DNA of 64,000 nucleotides from Antedon mediterranea (Eukaryota > Animalia > Echinodermata): assembly GCF_964355755.1 (NCBI RefSeq), contig NC_092677.1, positions 20,420,101 to 20,484,100 on the forward strand. The letters are read 5' to 3'. Both the position numbers and the translations under genes were made by a program. Below, one piece after another: positions 38,701 through 54,700 of this stretch. The notes under the pieces were generated by a model, which worked only from the letters and a program-made list of their open reading frames with translations, made no database searches and had not been told where the DNA came from. The first letter of the stretch is position 1; the number at the start of each line of letters is the position of its first letter.

Positions 38701-41700
38701 TTTGGAGACGTTTTAGACCATTTTGTGATTTTCGAAAAAACTTGTTAACATAAAAACACCAAAGTGCTCAGAATACCTTCAAATCGCATTTGGAGACGTT
38801 TTAGACCATTTTGTGATTTTCGAAAAAACTTGTTAACATAAAAACACCAAAGTGCTTAGAAAAGCTTCAAATCGCATTTGGAGACGTTTTAGACCATTTT
38901 GTGCATTTCGATGAAACTTGGTTACACAAAAACATCAAAGAGCACAAAAGTATTTAAAAACCTTTTAGACCATTTTGAGCATTCCGACAAAACTTTTTCA
39001 CACAAAACATCAAAGTGTACAGAATAGCTTTAAATCGCATTTGGAGACGTTTTAGACCATTTTGTAGTTTTCGAAAAAACTTGTTAACATAAAAACACAA
39101 AAGAGCTTCAAATCGCATTTGGAGACGTTTTAGACCCTTTTGTGCATTTCGATGAAACTTGGTTACACAAAAACATCAAAGTGCTTAAAATCACATTAGA
39201 AACCGTTTTATACCATTTTGAGCATTTCGTTAAAACTTTTCACACAAAAACATCAAAGTCCACAAAATAGCTTAATATCGTATTTAAAAACGTTTTAGAC
39301 AATTTTGAGCATTTCGAAAAAACTTTTTCACACAAAACATCAAAGTGCTCAGAATACCTTCAAATCGCATTTTGAGACGTTTTAGACCATTTTGTTCATT
39401 TCGATGAAACAAAAACACAAAAACATCAAATTGCACAAAATGGCTTAATATGATATGGGAAAACGTTTTAGACCATTTTGAACATTTCGTTAAAAGTTTT
39501 CACACAAAAACATCAAAGTCCACAAAATAGCTTAATATCGTATTTAAAAACGTTTTAGACCATTTTGAGCATTTCGAAAAAACTTTTCCACACAAAACAT
39601 CAAAGTTTACAAAATAGCTTCAAATCGCATTTGGAGACGTTTTAGACCATTTTGTGATTTTCGAAAAAACTTGATAACATAAAAACACCAAAGTGCTCAG
39701 AATACCTTCAAATCGTGTTTTGAGACGTTTTAGACCATTTTGTGATTTTCGAAAAAACTTTTTCACACAAAACATCAAAGTGTACAAAATGGCTTCAAAT
39801 CGCATTTGGAGACGTTTTAGACAATTTTGTGATTTTCGAAAAAACTTGTTTACATAAAAACACCAAAGTGCTTAGAAAAGCTTCAAATCGCATTTGGAGA
39901 CGTTTTAAACCATTTTGTTCATTTCGATGAAACTTGGTTACACAAAAACATCAAAGAGCACAAAAGTATTTAAAAACGTTTTAGACCATTTTGTGCATTC
40001 CGACAAAACTTTTTCACACAAAACATCAAAGTGTACAGAATAGCTTTAAATCGCATTTGGAGACGTTTTAGACCATTTTGTAGTTTTCGAAAAAACTTGT
40101 TAACATAAAAACACCAAAGAGCTTCAAATCGCATTTGGAGACGTTTTAGACCCTTTTGTGCATTTCGATGATACTTGGTTACACAAAAACATCAAAGTGC
40201 TTAAAATCACATTAGAAACCGTTTTAGACCATTTTCAGCATTTCGTTAAAACTTTTCACACAAAAACATCAAAGTCCACAAAATAGCTTAATATCGTATT
40301 TAAAAACGTTTTAGACCATTTTGAGCATTTCGAAAAAACTTTTTCACACAAAACATCAAAGTTTACAAAATAGCTTCAAATCGCATTTGGAGACGTTTTA
40401 GACCATTTTGTGATTTTCGAAAAAACTTGTTAACAAAAAAACACCAAAGTGCTCAGAATACCTTCAAATCGCTTTTTGAGACGTTTTAGACCATTTTGTG
40501 ATTTTCGAAAAAACAACATAAAAACACCAAAGTGCTCAGAATACCTTCAAATCGCATTTGGAGACGTTTTAGACCCTTTTGTGCATTTCGATGAAACTTG
40601 GTTACACAAAAACATCAAAGTGCTTAAAATCACAGTAGAAACCGTTTTAGACCATTTTGAGCATTGCGTTAACATTTTTCACAGAAAAACATCAAAGAGC
40701 AAAAAATAGCTTAATATCGTATTTAAAAACGTTTTAGACCATTTTGAGCATTTCGACAAAACTTTTTCACACAAAATATCAAAGTGTACAGAATAGCTTC
40801 AAATCGCATTTGGAGACGTTTTAACCCATTTTGAGCATTTCGATAAAATTTTACACACAAAAACATCAAAGTGCACAAAATAGCTTAATATGGTATTTAA
40901 AAACGTTTTAGACCATTTTGAGCATTTCAACAAAACTTTTTCTCACAAAACATCAAAGTGTACAGAATAGCTTCAAATCGCATTTGGAGACGTTTTAGAC
41001 CATTTTGTGCATTTCGATGAAACTTGGTTACACAAAAACATCAAAGTGCTTAAAATCACATTTTGAGCATTTCGTTAAAACTTTTCACACAAAAACATCA
41101 AAGTCCACAAAATAGCTTAATATCGTATTTAAAAACGTTTTAGACCATTTTGAGCATTTCGAAAAAACTTTTCCACACAAAACATCAAAGTTTACAAAAT
41201 AGCTTCAAATCGCATTTGGAGACGTTTTAGACCATTTTGTGATTTTCGAAAAAACTTGTTAACATAAAAACACCAAAGTGCTCAGAATACCTTCAAATCG
41301 CATTTTGAGACGTTTTAGACCATTTTGTGATTTTCGAAAAAACTTGTTAACATAAAAACACCAAAGTGCTCAGAATACCTTCAAATCGTGTTTTGAGACG
41401 TTTTAGACCATTTTGTGATTTTCGAAAAAACTTGTTAACATAAAAACACCAAAGTGCTCAGAATACCTTCAAATCGCATTTTGAGACGTTTTAGACCATT
41501 TTGTGATTTTCGAAAAAACTTGGTTACACAAAAACACCAAAGAGCACAAAAGATCTTAATATCGTATTTAAAAACGTTTTAGACCATTTTGAGCATTTCG
41601 AAAAAACTTTTTCACACAAAACATCAAAGTGTACAAAATAGCTTCAAATCGCATTTTGAGACGTTTTAGACAATTTTGTGATTTTCGAAAAAACTTGTTT

Positions 41701-42780
41701 ACATAAAAACACCAAAGTGCTTAGAAAAGCTTCAAATCGCATTTGGAGACGTTTTAAACCATTTTGTTCATTTCGATGAAACTTGGTTACACAAAAACAT
41801 CAAAAAGCACAAAAGTATTTAAAAACGTTTTAGACCATTTTGAGCATTCCGTCAAAACTTTTTCACACAAAACATCAAAGTGTACAGAATAGCTTTAAAT
41901 CGCATTTGGAGACGTTTTAGACCATTTTGTAGTTTTCGAAAAAACTTGTTAACATAAAAACACAAAAGAGCTTCAAATCGCATTTGGAGACGTTTTAGAC
42001 CCTTTTGTGCATTTCGATGAAACTTGGTTACACAAAAACATCAAAGTGCTTAAAATCACATTAGAAACCGTTTTAGACCATTTTGAGCATTTCGTTAAAA
42101 CTTTTCACACAAAAACATCAAAGTCCACAAAATAGCTTAATATCGTATTTAAAAACGTTTTAGACCATTTTGAGCATTTCGAAAAAACTTTTTCACACAA
42201 AACATCAAAGTTTACAAAATAGCTTCAAATCGCATTTGGAGACGTTTTAGACCATTTTGTGATTTTCGAAAAAACTTGTTAACATAAAAACACCAAAGTG
42301 CTCAGAAAAGCTTCAAATCGCATTTGGAGACGTTTTAAACCATTTTGTTCATTTCGATGAAACTTGGTTACACAAAAACATCAAAGAGCACAAAAGTATT
42401 TAAAAACGTTTTAGACCATTTTGAGCATTCCGACAAAACTTTTTCACACAAAACATCAAAGTGTACAGAATAGCTTTAAATCGCATTTGGAGACGTTTTA
42501 ACCCATTTTGAGCATTTCGATAAAATTTTACACACAAAAACATCAAAGTGCACAAAATAGCTTAATATGGTATTTAAAAACGTTTTAGACCATTTTGAGC
42601 ATTTCAACAAAACTTTTTCTCACAAAACATCAAAGTGTACAGAATAGCTTCAAATCGCATTTGGAGACGTTTTAGACCATTTTGTGCATTTCGATGAAAC
42701 TTGGTTACACAAAAACATCAAAGTGCTTAAAATCACATTTTGAGCATTTCGTTAAAACTTTTCACACAAAAACATCAAAG

Positions 42781-45700
42781 TCCACAAAATAGCTTAATAT
42801 CGTATTTAAAAACGTTTTAGACCATTTTGAGCATTTCGAAAAAACTTTTCCACACAAAACATCAAAGTTTACAAAATAGCTTCAAATCGCATTTGGAGAC
42901 GTTTTAGACCATTTTGTGATTTTCGAAAAAACTTGTTAACATAAAAACACCAAAGTGCTCAGAATACCTTCAAATCGCATTTTGAGACGTTTTAGACCAT
43001 TTTGTGATTTTCGAAAAAACTTGTTAACATAAAAACACCAAAGTGCTCAGAATACCTTCAAATCGCATTTTGAGACGTTTTAGACCATTTTGTGATTTTC
43101 GAAAAAACTTGTTAACATAAAAACACCAAAGTGCTCAGAATCGTGTTTTGAGACGTTTTAGACCATTTTGTGATTTTCGAAAAAACTTGTTAACATAAAA
43201 ACACCAAAGTGCTTAGAAAAGCTTCAAATCGCATTTGGAGACGTTTTAGACCATTTTGTTCATTTCGATGAAACTTGGTTACACAAAAACATCAAAGAGC
43301 ACAAAAGATCTTAATATCGTATTTAAAAACGTTTTAGACCATTTTGAGCATTTCGAAAAAACTTTTTCACACAAAACATCAAAGTGTACAAAATAGCTTC
43401 AAATCGCATTTGGAGACGTTTTAGACAATTTTGTGATTTTCGAAAAAACTTGTTTACATAAAAACACCAAAGTGCTTAGAAAAGCTTCAAATCGCATTTG
43501 GAGACGTTTTAAACCATTTTGTTCATTTCGATGAAACTTGGTTACACAAAAACATCAAAGAGCACAAAAGTATTTAAAAACGTTTTAGACCATTTTGAGC
43601 ATTCCGACAAAACTTTTTCACACAAAACATCAAAGTGTACAGAATAGCTTTAAATCGCATTTGGAGACGTTTTAGACCATTTTGTAGTTTTCGAAAAAAC
43701 TTGTTAACATAAAAACACAAAAGAGCTTCAAATCGCATTTGGAGACGTTTTAGACCCTTTTGTGCATTTCGATGAAACTTGGTTACACAAAAACATCAAA
43801 GTGCTTAAAATCACATTAGAAACCGTTTTAGACCATTTTGAGCATTTCGTTAAAACTTTTCACACAAAAACATCAAAGTCCACAAAATAGCTTAATATCG
43901 TATTTAAAAACGTTTTAGACCATTTTGAGCATTTCGAAAAAACTTTTTCACACAAAACATCAAAGTTTACAAAATAGCTTCAAATCGCATTTGGAGACGT
44001 TTTAGACCATTTTGTGATTTTCGAAAAAACTTGTTAACATAAAAACACCAAAGTGCTCAGAATACCTTCAAATCGCATTTTGAGACGTTTTAGACCATTT
44101 TGTGATTTTCGAAAAAACTTAACATAAAAACACCAAAGTGCTCAGAATACCTTCAAATCGCATTTGGAGACGTTTTAGACCATTTTGTGATTTTCGAAAA
44201 AACTTGTTAACATAAAAACACCAAAGTGCTTAGAAAAGCTTCAAATCGCATTTGGAGACGTTTTAGACCATTTTGTGCATTTCGATGAAAAAACATCAAA
44301 GTGTACATAATAGCTTCAAATCGCATTAGAAACCGTTTTAGACCATTTTGAGCATTTCGAAAAAACTTTTTCACACAAAACATCAAAGTGTACAAAATAG
44401 CTTCAAATCGCATTTGGAGACGTTTTAGACAATTTTGTGATTTTCGAAAAAACTTGTTTACATAAAAACACCAAAGTGCTAAGAATAGCTTCCAATCGCA
44501 TTTGGAGACGTTTTAGACCCTTTTGTGCATTTCGATGAAACTTGGTTACACAAAAACATCAAAGTGCTTAAAATCACATTAGAAACCGTTTTAGACCATT
44601 TTGAGCATTTCGTTAAAATTTTTCACAGAAAAACATCAAAGAGCAAAAAATAGCTTAATATCGTATTTAAAAACGTTTTAGACCATTTTGAGCATTTCGA
44701 CAAAACTTTTTCACACAAAACATCAAAGTGTACAGAATAGCTTAATATCGCATTTGGAGACGTTTTAACCCATTTTGAGCATTTCGATAAAATTTTACAC
44801 ACAAAAACATCAAAGTGCACAAAATAGCTTAATATGGTATTTAAAAACGTTTTAGAACATTTTGAGCATTTCAACAAAACTTTTTCTCACAAAACATCAA
44901 AGTGTACAGAATAGCTTCAAATCGCATTGGGAGACGTTTTAGACCATTTTGTGCATTTCGATGAAACTTGGTTACACAAAAACATCAAAGTGCTTAAAAT
45001 CACATTTTGAGCATTTCGTTAAAACTTTTCACACAAAAACATCAAAGTCCACAAAATAGCTTAATATCGTATTTAAAAACGTTTTAGACCATTTTGAGCA
45101 TTTCGAAAAAACTTTTCCACACAAAACATCAAAGTTTACAAAATAGCTTCAAATCGCATTTGGAGACGTTTTAGACCATTTTGTGATTTTCGAAAAAACT
45201 TGTTAACATAAAAACACCAAAGTGCTCAGAATACCTTCAAATCGCATTTTGAGACGTTTTAGACCATTTTGTGATTTTCGAAAAAACTTGTTAACATAAA
45301 AACACCAAAGTGCTCAGAATACCTTCAAATCGCATTTTGAGACGTTTTAGACCATTTTGTGATTTTCGAAAAAACTTGTTAACATAAAAACACCAAAGTG
45401 CTCAGAATCGTGTTTTGAGACGTTTTAGACCATTTTGTGATTTTCGAAAAAACTTGTTAACATAAAAACACCAAAGTGCTTAGAAAAGCTTCAAATCGCA
45501 TTTGGAGACGTTTTAGACCATTTTGTTCATTTCGATGAAACTTGGTTACACAAAAACATCAAAGAGCACAAAAGATCTTAATATCGTATTTAAAAACGTT
45601 TTAGACCATTTTGAGCATTTCGAAAAAACTTTTTCACACAAAACATCAAAGTGTACAAAATAGCTTCAAATCGCATTTGGAGACGTTTTAGACAATTTTG

Positions 45701-47314
45701 TGATTTTCGAAAAAACTTGTTTACATAAAAACACCAAAGTGCTTAGAAAAGCTTCAAATCGCATTTGGAGACGTTTTAAACCATTTTGTTCATTTCGATG
45801 AAACTTGGTTACACAAAAACATCAAAGAGCACAAAAGTATTTAAAAACGTTTTAGACCATTTTGAGCATTCCGACAAAACTTTTTCACACAAAACATCAA
45901 AGTGTACAGAATAGCTTTAAATCGCATTTGGAGACGTTTTAGACCATTTTGTAGTTTTCGAAAAAACTTGTTAACATAAAAACACAAAAGAGCTTCAAAT
46001 CGCATTTGGAGACGTTTTAGACCCTTTTGTGCATTTCGATGAAACTTGGTTACACAAAAACATCAAAGTGCTTAAAATCACATTAGAAACCGTTTTAGAC
46101 CATTTTGAGCATTTCGTTAAAACTTTTCACACAAAAACATCAAAGTCCACAAAATAGCTTAATATCGTATTTAAAAACGTTTTAGACCATTTTGAGCATT
46201 TCGAAAAAACTTTTTCACACAAAACATCAAAGTTTACAAAATAGCTTCAAATCGCATTTGGAGACGTTTTAGACCATTTTGTGATTTTCGAAAAAACTTG
46301 TTAACATAAAAACACCAAAGTGCTCAGAATACCTTCAAATCGCATTTTGAGACGTTTTAGACCATTTTGTGATTTTCGAAAAAACTTAACATAAAAACAC
46401 CAAAGTGCTCAGAATACCTTCAAATCGCATTTGGAGACGTTTTAGACCATTTTGTGATTTTCGAAAAAACTTGTTAACATAAAAACACCAAAGTGCTTAG
46501 AAAAGCTTCAAATCGCATTTGGAGACGTTTTAGACCATTTTGTGCATTTCGATGAAAAAACATCAAAGTGTACATAATAGCTTCAAATCGCATTAGAAAC
46601 CGTTTTAGACCATTTTGAGCATTTCGAAAAAACTTTTTCACACAAAACATCAAAGTGTACAAAATAGCTTCAAATCGCATTTGGAGACGTTTTAGACAAT
46701 TTTGTGATTTTCGAAAAAACTTGTTTACATAAAAACACCAAAGTGCTAAGAATAGCTTCCAATCGCATTTGGAGACGTTTTAGACCCTTTTGTGCATTTC
46801 GATGAAACTTGGTTACACAAAAACATCAAAGTGCTTAAAATCACATTAGAAACCGTTTTAGACCATTTTGAGCATTTCGTTAAAATTTTTCACAGAAAAA
46901 CATCAAAGAGCAAAAAATAGCTTAATATCGTATTTAAAAACGTTTTAGACCATTTTGAGCATTTCGACAAAACTTTTTCACACAAAACATCAAAGTGTAC
47001 AGAATAGCTTAATATCGCATTTGGAGACGTTTTAACCCATTTTGAGCATTTCGATAAAATTTTACACACAAAAAAATCAAAGTGCACAAAATAGCTTAAT
47101 ATGGTATTTAAAAACGTTTTAGAACATTTTGAGCATTTCAACAAAACTTTTTCTCACAAAACATCAAAGTGTACAGAATAGCTTCAAATCGCATTTGGAG
47201 ACGTTTTAGACCATTTTGTGCATTTCGATGAAACTTGGTTACACAAAAACATCAAAGTGCTTAAAATCACATTTTGAGCATTTCGTTAAAACTTTTCACA
47301 CAAAAACATCAAAG
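42781..47314 (+). repeat. Near-exact tandem duplication of a 2267 bp satellite block
   Basis: ORF pairs 44207/46474 and 44623/46890 are both offset by 2267. The copies share rare variants gtgtacataatagc (~44301/46568) and gaatagcttaatatcgcatttgg (~44735/47002). Identity breaks at aaag|tcc versus aaag|agt (45047/47314). Confidence 0.9.
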
Positions 47315-50300
47315 AGTAAAAAATAGCTTAATATCGTATTTAAAAACGTTTTAGACCATTTTGAGCATTTCGACAAAATTTTTTCACACAAAACATCAAA
47401 GTGTACAGAATAGCTTTAAATCGCATTTGGAGACGTTTTAGACCATTTTGTTAATTTCGATGAAACAAAAACACAAAAACATCAAATTGCACAAAATGGC
47501 TTAATATGATATGGGAAAACGTTTTAGACCATTTTGAACATTTCGTTAAAAGTTTTCACACAAAAACATCAAAGTCCACAAAATAGCTTAATATCGTATT
47601 TAAAAACGTTTTAGACCATTTTGAGCATTTCGAAAAAACTTTTTCACACAAAACATCAAAGTTTACAAAATAGCCTCAAATCGCATTTGGAGACGTTTTA
47701 GACCATTTTGTGATTTTCGAAAAAACTTGTTAACATAAAAACACCAAAGTGCTCAGAATACCTTCAAATCGCATTTTGAGACGTTTTAGACCATTTTGTG
47801 ATTTTCGAAAAAACTTGTTAACATAAAAACACCAAAGTGCTCAGAATACCTTCAAATCGTGTTTTGAGACGTTTTAGACCATTTTGTGATTTTCGAAAAA
47901 ACTTGTTAACATAAAAACACCAAAGTGCTCAGAATACCTTCAAATCGCATTTTGAGACGTTTTAGACCATTTTGTGATTTTCGAAAAAACTTGTTAACAT
48001 AAAAACACCAAAGTGCTCAGAATACCTTCAAATCGTGTTTTGAGACGTTTTAGACCATTTTGTGATTTTCGAAAAAACTTGTTAACATAAAAACACCAAA
48101 GTGCTTAGAAAAGCTTCAAATCGCATTTGGAGACGTTTTAGACCATTTTGTTCATTTCGATGAAACTTGGTTACACAAAAACATCAAAGAGCACAAAAGA
48201 TCTTAATATCGTATTTAAAAACGTTTTAGACCATTTTGAGCATTTCGAAAAAACTTTTTCACACAAAACATCAAAGTGTACAAAATAGCTTCAAATCGCA
48301 TTTTGAGACGTTTTAGACAATTTTGTGATTTTCGAAAAAACTTGTTTACATAAAAACACCAAAGTGCTTAGAAAAGCTTCAAATCGCATTTGGAGACGTT
48401 TTAAACCATTTTGTTCATTTCGATGAAACTTGGTTACACAAAAACATCAAAAAGCACAAAAGTATTTAAAAACGTTTTAGACCATTTTGAGCATTCCGTC
48501 AAAACTTTTTCACACAAAACATCAAAGTGTACAGAATAGCTTTAAATCGCATTTGGAGACGTTTTAGACCATTTTGTAGTTTTCGAAAAAACTTGTTAAC
48601 ATAAAAACACAAAAGAGCTTCAAATCGCATTTGGAGACGTTTTAGACCCTTTTGTGCATTTCGATGAAACTTGGTTACACAAAAACATCAAAGTGCTTAA
48701 AATCACATTAGAAACCGTTTTAGACCATTTTGAGCATTTCGTTAAAACTTTTCACACAAAAACATCAAAGTCCACAAAATAGCTTAATATCGTATTTAAA
48801 AACGTTTTAGACCATTTTGAGCATTTCGAAAAAACTTTTTCACACAAAACATCAAAGTTTACAAAATAGCTTCAAATCGCATTTGGAGACGTTTTAGACC
48901 ATTTTGTGATTTTCGAAAAAACTTGTTAACATAAAAACACCAAAGTGCTCAGAAAAGCTTCAAATCGCATTTGGAGACGTTTTAAACCATTTTGTTCATT
49001 TCGATGAAACTTGGTTACACAAAAACATCAAAGAGCACAAAAGTATTTAAAAATTTTTTAGACCATTTTGAGCATTCCGACAAAACTTTTTCACACAAAA
49101 CATCAAAGTGTACAGAATAGCTTTAAATCGCATTTGGAGACGTTTTAACCCATTTTGAGCATTTCGATAAAATTTTACACACAAAAACATCAAAGTGCAC
49201 AAAATAGCTTAATATGGTATTTAAAAACGTTTTAGACCATTTTGAGCATTTCAACAAAACTTTTTCTCACAAAACATCAAAGTGTACAGAATAGCTTCAA
49301 ATCGCATTTGGAGACGTTTTAGACCATTTTGTGCATTTCGATGAAACTTGGTTACACAAAAACATCAAAGTGCTTAAAATCACATTTTGAGCATTTCGTT
49401 AAAACTTTTCACACAAAAACATCAAAGTCCACAAAATAGCTTAATATCGTATTTAAAAACGTTTTAGACCATTTTGAGCATTTCGAAAAAACTTTTCCAC
49501 ACAAAACATCAAAGTTTACAAAATAGCTTCAAATCGCATTTGGAGACGTTTTAGACCATTTTGTGATTTTCGAAAAAACTTGTTAACATAAAAACACCAA
49601 AGTGCTCAGAATACCTTCAAATCGCATTTTGAGACGTTTTAGACCATTTTGTGATTTTCGAAAAAACTTGTTAACATAAAAACACCAAAGTGCTCAGAAT
49701 ACCTTCAAATCGCATTTTGAGACGTTTTAGACCATTTTGTGATTTTCGAAAAAACTTGTTAACATAAAAACACCAAAGTGCTCAGAATCGTGTTTTGAGA
49801 CGTTTTAGACCATTTTGTGATTTTCGAAAAAACTTGTTAACATAAAAACACCAAAGTGCTTAGAAAAGCTTCAAATCGCATTTGGAGACGTTTTAGACCA
49901 TTTTGTTCATTTCGATGAAACTTGGTAACACAAAAACATCAAAGAGCACAAAAGATCTTAATATCGTATTTAAAAACGTTTTAGACCATTTTGAGCATTT
50001 CGAAAAAACTTTTTCACACAAAACATCAAAGTGTACAAAATAGCTTCAAATCGCATTTTGAGACGTTTTAGACAATTTTGTGATTTTCGAAAAAACTTGT
50101 TTACATAAAAACACCAAAGTGCTTAGAAAAGCTTCAAATCGCATTTGGAGACGTTTTAAACCATTTTGTTCATTTCGATGAAACTTGGTTACACAAAAAC
50201 ATCAAAGAGCACAAAAGTATTTAAAAACGTTTTAGACCATTTTGAGCATTCCGACAAAACTTTTTCACACAAAACATCAAAGTGTACAGAATAGCTTTAA

Positions 50301-51794
50301 ATCGCATTTGGAGACGTTTTAGACCATTTTATAGTTTTCGAAAAAACTTGTTAACATAAAAACACAAAAGAGCTTCAAATCGCATTTGGAGACGTTTTAG
50401 ACCCTTTTGTGCATTTCGATGAAACTTGGTTACACAAAAACATCAAAGTGCTTAAAATCACATTAGAAACCGTTTTAGACCATTTTGAGCATTTCGTTAA
50501 AACTTTTCACACAAAAACATCAAAGTCCATAAAATAGCTTAATATCGTATTTAACAACGTTTTAGACCATTTTGAGCATTTCGAAAAAACTTTTCCACAC
50601 AAAACATCAAAGTTTACAAAATAGCTTCAAATCGCATTTGGAGACGTTTTAGACCATTTTGTGATTTTCGAAAAAACTTGTTAACATAAAAACACCAAAG
50701 TGCTCAGAATACCTTCAAATCGTATTTTGAGACGTTTTAGACAATTTTGTGATTTTCGAAAAAACTTGTTAACATAAAAACACCAAAGTGCTTAGAAAAG
50801 CTTGAAATCGCATTTGGAGACGTTTTAGACCATTTTGTGCATTTCGATGAAACTTGGTTACACAAAAACATCAAAGTGCTTAAAATCACATTTTGAGCAT
50901 TTCGTTAAAACTTTTCACACAAAAACATCAAAGAGTAAAAAATAGCTTAATATCGTATTTAAAAACGTTTTAGACCATTTTGAGCATTTCGACAAAATTT
51001 TTTCACACAAAACATCAAAGTGTACAGAATAGCTTTAAATCGCATTTTGAGACGTTTTAGACCATTTTGTTAATTTCGATGAAACAAAAACACAAAAACA
51101 TCAAATTGCACAAAATGGCTTAATATGATATGGGAAAACGTTTTAGACCATTTTGAACATTTCGTTAAAAGTTTTCACACAAAAACATCAAAGTCCACAA
51201 AATAGCTTAATATCGTATTTAAAAACGTTTTAGACCATTTTGAGCATTTCGAAAAAACTTTTTCACACAAAACATCAAAGTTTACAAAATAGCTTCAAAT
51301 CGCATTTGGAGACGTTTTAGACCATTTTGTGATTTTCGAAAAAACTTGTTAACATAAAAACACCAAAGTGCTCAGAATACCTTCAAATCGTGTTTTGAGA
51401 CGTTTTAGACCATTTTGTGATTTTCGAAAAAACTTGTTAACATAAAAACACCAAAGTGCTCAGAATACCTTCAAATCGCATTTTGAGACGTTTTAGACCA
51501 TTTTGTGATTTTCGAAAAAACTTGTTAACATAAAAACACCAAAGTGCTCAGAATACCTTCAAATCGTGTTTTGAGACGTTTTAGACCATTTTGTGATTTT
51601 CGAAAAAACTTGTTAACATAAAAACACCAAAGTGCTTAGAAAAGCTTCAAATCGCATTTGGAGACGTTTTAGACCATTTTGTTCATTTCGATGAAACTTG
51701 GTTACACAAAAACATCAAAGAGCACAAAAGATCTTAATATCGTATTTAAAAACGTTTTAGACCATTTTGAGCATTTCGAAAAAACTTTTCCACA

Positions 51795-54700
51795 CAAAAC
51801 ATCAAAGTTTACAAAATAGCTTCAAATCGCATTTGGAGACGTTTTAGACCATTTTGTGATTTTCGAAAAAACTTGTTAACATAAAAACACCAAAGTGCTC
51901 AGAATACCTTCAAATCGCATTTGGAGACGTTTTAGACCCTTTTGTGCATTTCGATGAAACTTGGTTACACAAAAACATCAAAGTGCTTAAAATCACATTA
52001 GAAACCGTTTTAGACCATTTTGAGCATTTCGTTAAAATTTTTCACAGAAAAACATCAAAGAGCAAAAAATATCTTAATATCGTATTTAAAAACGTTTTAG
52101 ACCATTTTGAGCATTTCGACAAAACTTTTTCACACAAAACATCAAAGTGTACAAAATAGCTTCAAATCGCATTTGGAGACGTTTTAACCCATTTTGAGCA
52201 TTTCGATAAAATTTTACACACAAAAACATCAAAGTGCACAAAATAGCTTAATATGGTATTTAAAAACGTTTTAGACCATTTTGAGCATTTCAACAAAACT
52301 TTTTCTCACAAAACATCAAAGTGTACAGAATAGCTTCAAATCGCATTTGGAGACGTTTTAGACCATTTTGTGCATTTCGATGAAACTTGGTTACACAAAA
52401 ACATCAAAGTGCTTAAAATCACATTTTGAGCATTTCGTTAAAACTTTTCACACAAAAACATCAAAGTCCACAAAATAGCTTAATATCGTATTTAAAAACG
52501 TTTTAGACCATTTTGAGCATTTCGAAAAAACTTTTCCACACAAAACATCAAAGTTTACAAAATAGCTTCAAATCGCATTTGGAGACGTTTTAGACCATTT
52601 TGTGATTTTCGAAAAAACTTGATAACATAAAAACACCAAAGTGCTCAGAATACCTTCAAATCGTGTTTTGAGACGTTTTAGACCATTTTGTAATTTTCGA
52701 AAAAACTTGTTAACATAAAAACACCAAAGTGCTCAGAATACCTTCACATCGCATTTTGAGACGTTTTAGACCATTTTGTGATTTTCGAAAAAACTTGTTA
52801 ACATAAAAACACCAAAGTGCTTAGAAAAGCTTGAAATCGCATTTGGAGACGTTTTAGACCATTTTGTGCATTTCGATGAAACTTGGTTACACAAAAACAT
52901 CAAAGTGCTTAAAATCACATTTTGAGCATTTCGTTAAAACTTTTCACACAAAAACATCAAAGAGTAAAAAATAGCTTAATATCGTATTTAAAAACGTTTT
53001 AGACCATTTTGAGCATTTCGACAAAATTTTTTCACACAAAACATCAAAGTGTACAGAATAGCTTTAAATCGCATTTGGAGACGTTTTAGACCATTTTGTT
53101 CATTTCGATGAAACAAAAACACAAAAACATCAAATTGCACAAAATGGCTTAATATGATATGGGAAAACGTTTTAGACCATTTTGAACATTTCGTTAAAAG
53201 TTTTCACACAAAAACATCAAAGTCCACAAAATAGCTTAATATCGTATTTAAAAACGTTTTAGACCATTTTGAGCATTTCGAAAAAACTTTTTCACACAAA
53301 ACATCAAAGTTTACAAAATAGCTTCAAATCGCATTTGGAGACGTTATAGACCATTTTGTGATTTTCGGAAAAACTTGTTAACATAAAAACACCAAAGTGC
53401 TCAGAATACCTTCAAATCGCATTTTGAGACGTTTTAGACCATTTTGTGATTTTCGAAAAAACTTGTTAACATAAAAACACCAAAGTGCTCAGAATCGTGT
53501 TTTGAGACGTTTTAGACCATTTTGTGATTTTCGAAAAAACTTGTTAACATAAAAACACCAAAGTGCTTAGAAAAGCTTCAAATCACATTTGGAGACGTTT
53601 TAGACCATTTTGTTCATTTCGATGAAACTTGGTTACACAAAAACATCAAAGAGCACAAAAGATCTTAATATCGTATTTAAAAACGTTTTAGACCATTTTG
53701 AGCATTTCGAAAAAACTTTTTCACACAAAACATCAAAGTGTACAAAATAGCTTCAAATCGCATTTGGAGACGTTTTAGACAATTTTGTGATTTTCGAAAA
53801 AACTTGTTTACATAAAAACACCAAAGTGCTTAGAATAGCTTCAAATCGCATTTGGAGACGTTTTAAACCATTTTGTTCATTTCGATGAAACTTGGTTACA
53901 CAAAAACATCAAAGAGCACAAAAGTATTTAAAAACGTTTTAGACCATTTTGAGCATTCCGACAAAACTTTTTCACACAAAACATCAAAGTGTACAGAATA
54001 GCTTTAAATCGCATTTGGAGACGTTTTAGACCATTTTGTAGTTTTCGAAAAAACTTAAAATAAAAACACAAAAGAGCTTCAAATCGCATTTGGAGACGTT
54101 TTAGACCCTTTTGTGCATTTCGATGAAACTTGGTTACACAAAAACATCAAAGTGCTTAAAATCACATTAGAAACCGTTTTAGACCATTTTGAGCATTTCG
54201 TTAAAACTTTTCACACAAAAACATCAAAGTCCACAAAATAGCTTAATATCGTATTCAAAAACGTTTTAGACCATTTTGAGCATTTCGAAAAAACTTTTTC
54301 ACACAAAACATCAAAGTTTACAAAATAGCTTCAAATCGCATTTGGAGACGTTTTAGACCATTTTGTGATTTTCGAAAAAACTTGTTAACATAAAAACACC
54401 AAAGTGCTCAGAATACCTTCAAATCGCATTTGGAGACGTTTTAGACCCTTTTGTGCATTTCGATGAAACTTGGTTACACAAAAACATCAAAGTGCTTAAA
54501 ATCACATTAGAAACCGTTTTAGACCATTTTGAGCATTTCGTTAAAATTTTTCACAGAAAAACATCAAAGAGCAAAAAATATCTTAATATCGTATTTAAAA
54601 ACGTTTTAGATCATTTTGAGCATTTCGACAAAACTTTTTCACACAAAACATCAAAGTGTACAAAATAGCTTCAAATCGCATTTGGAGACGTTTTAACCCA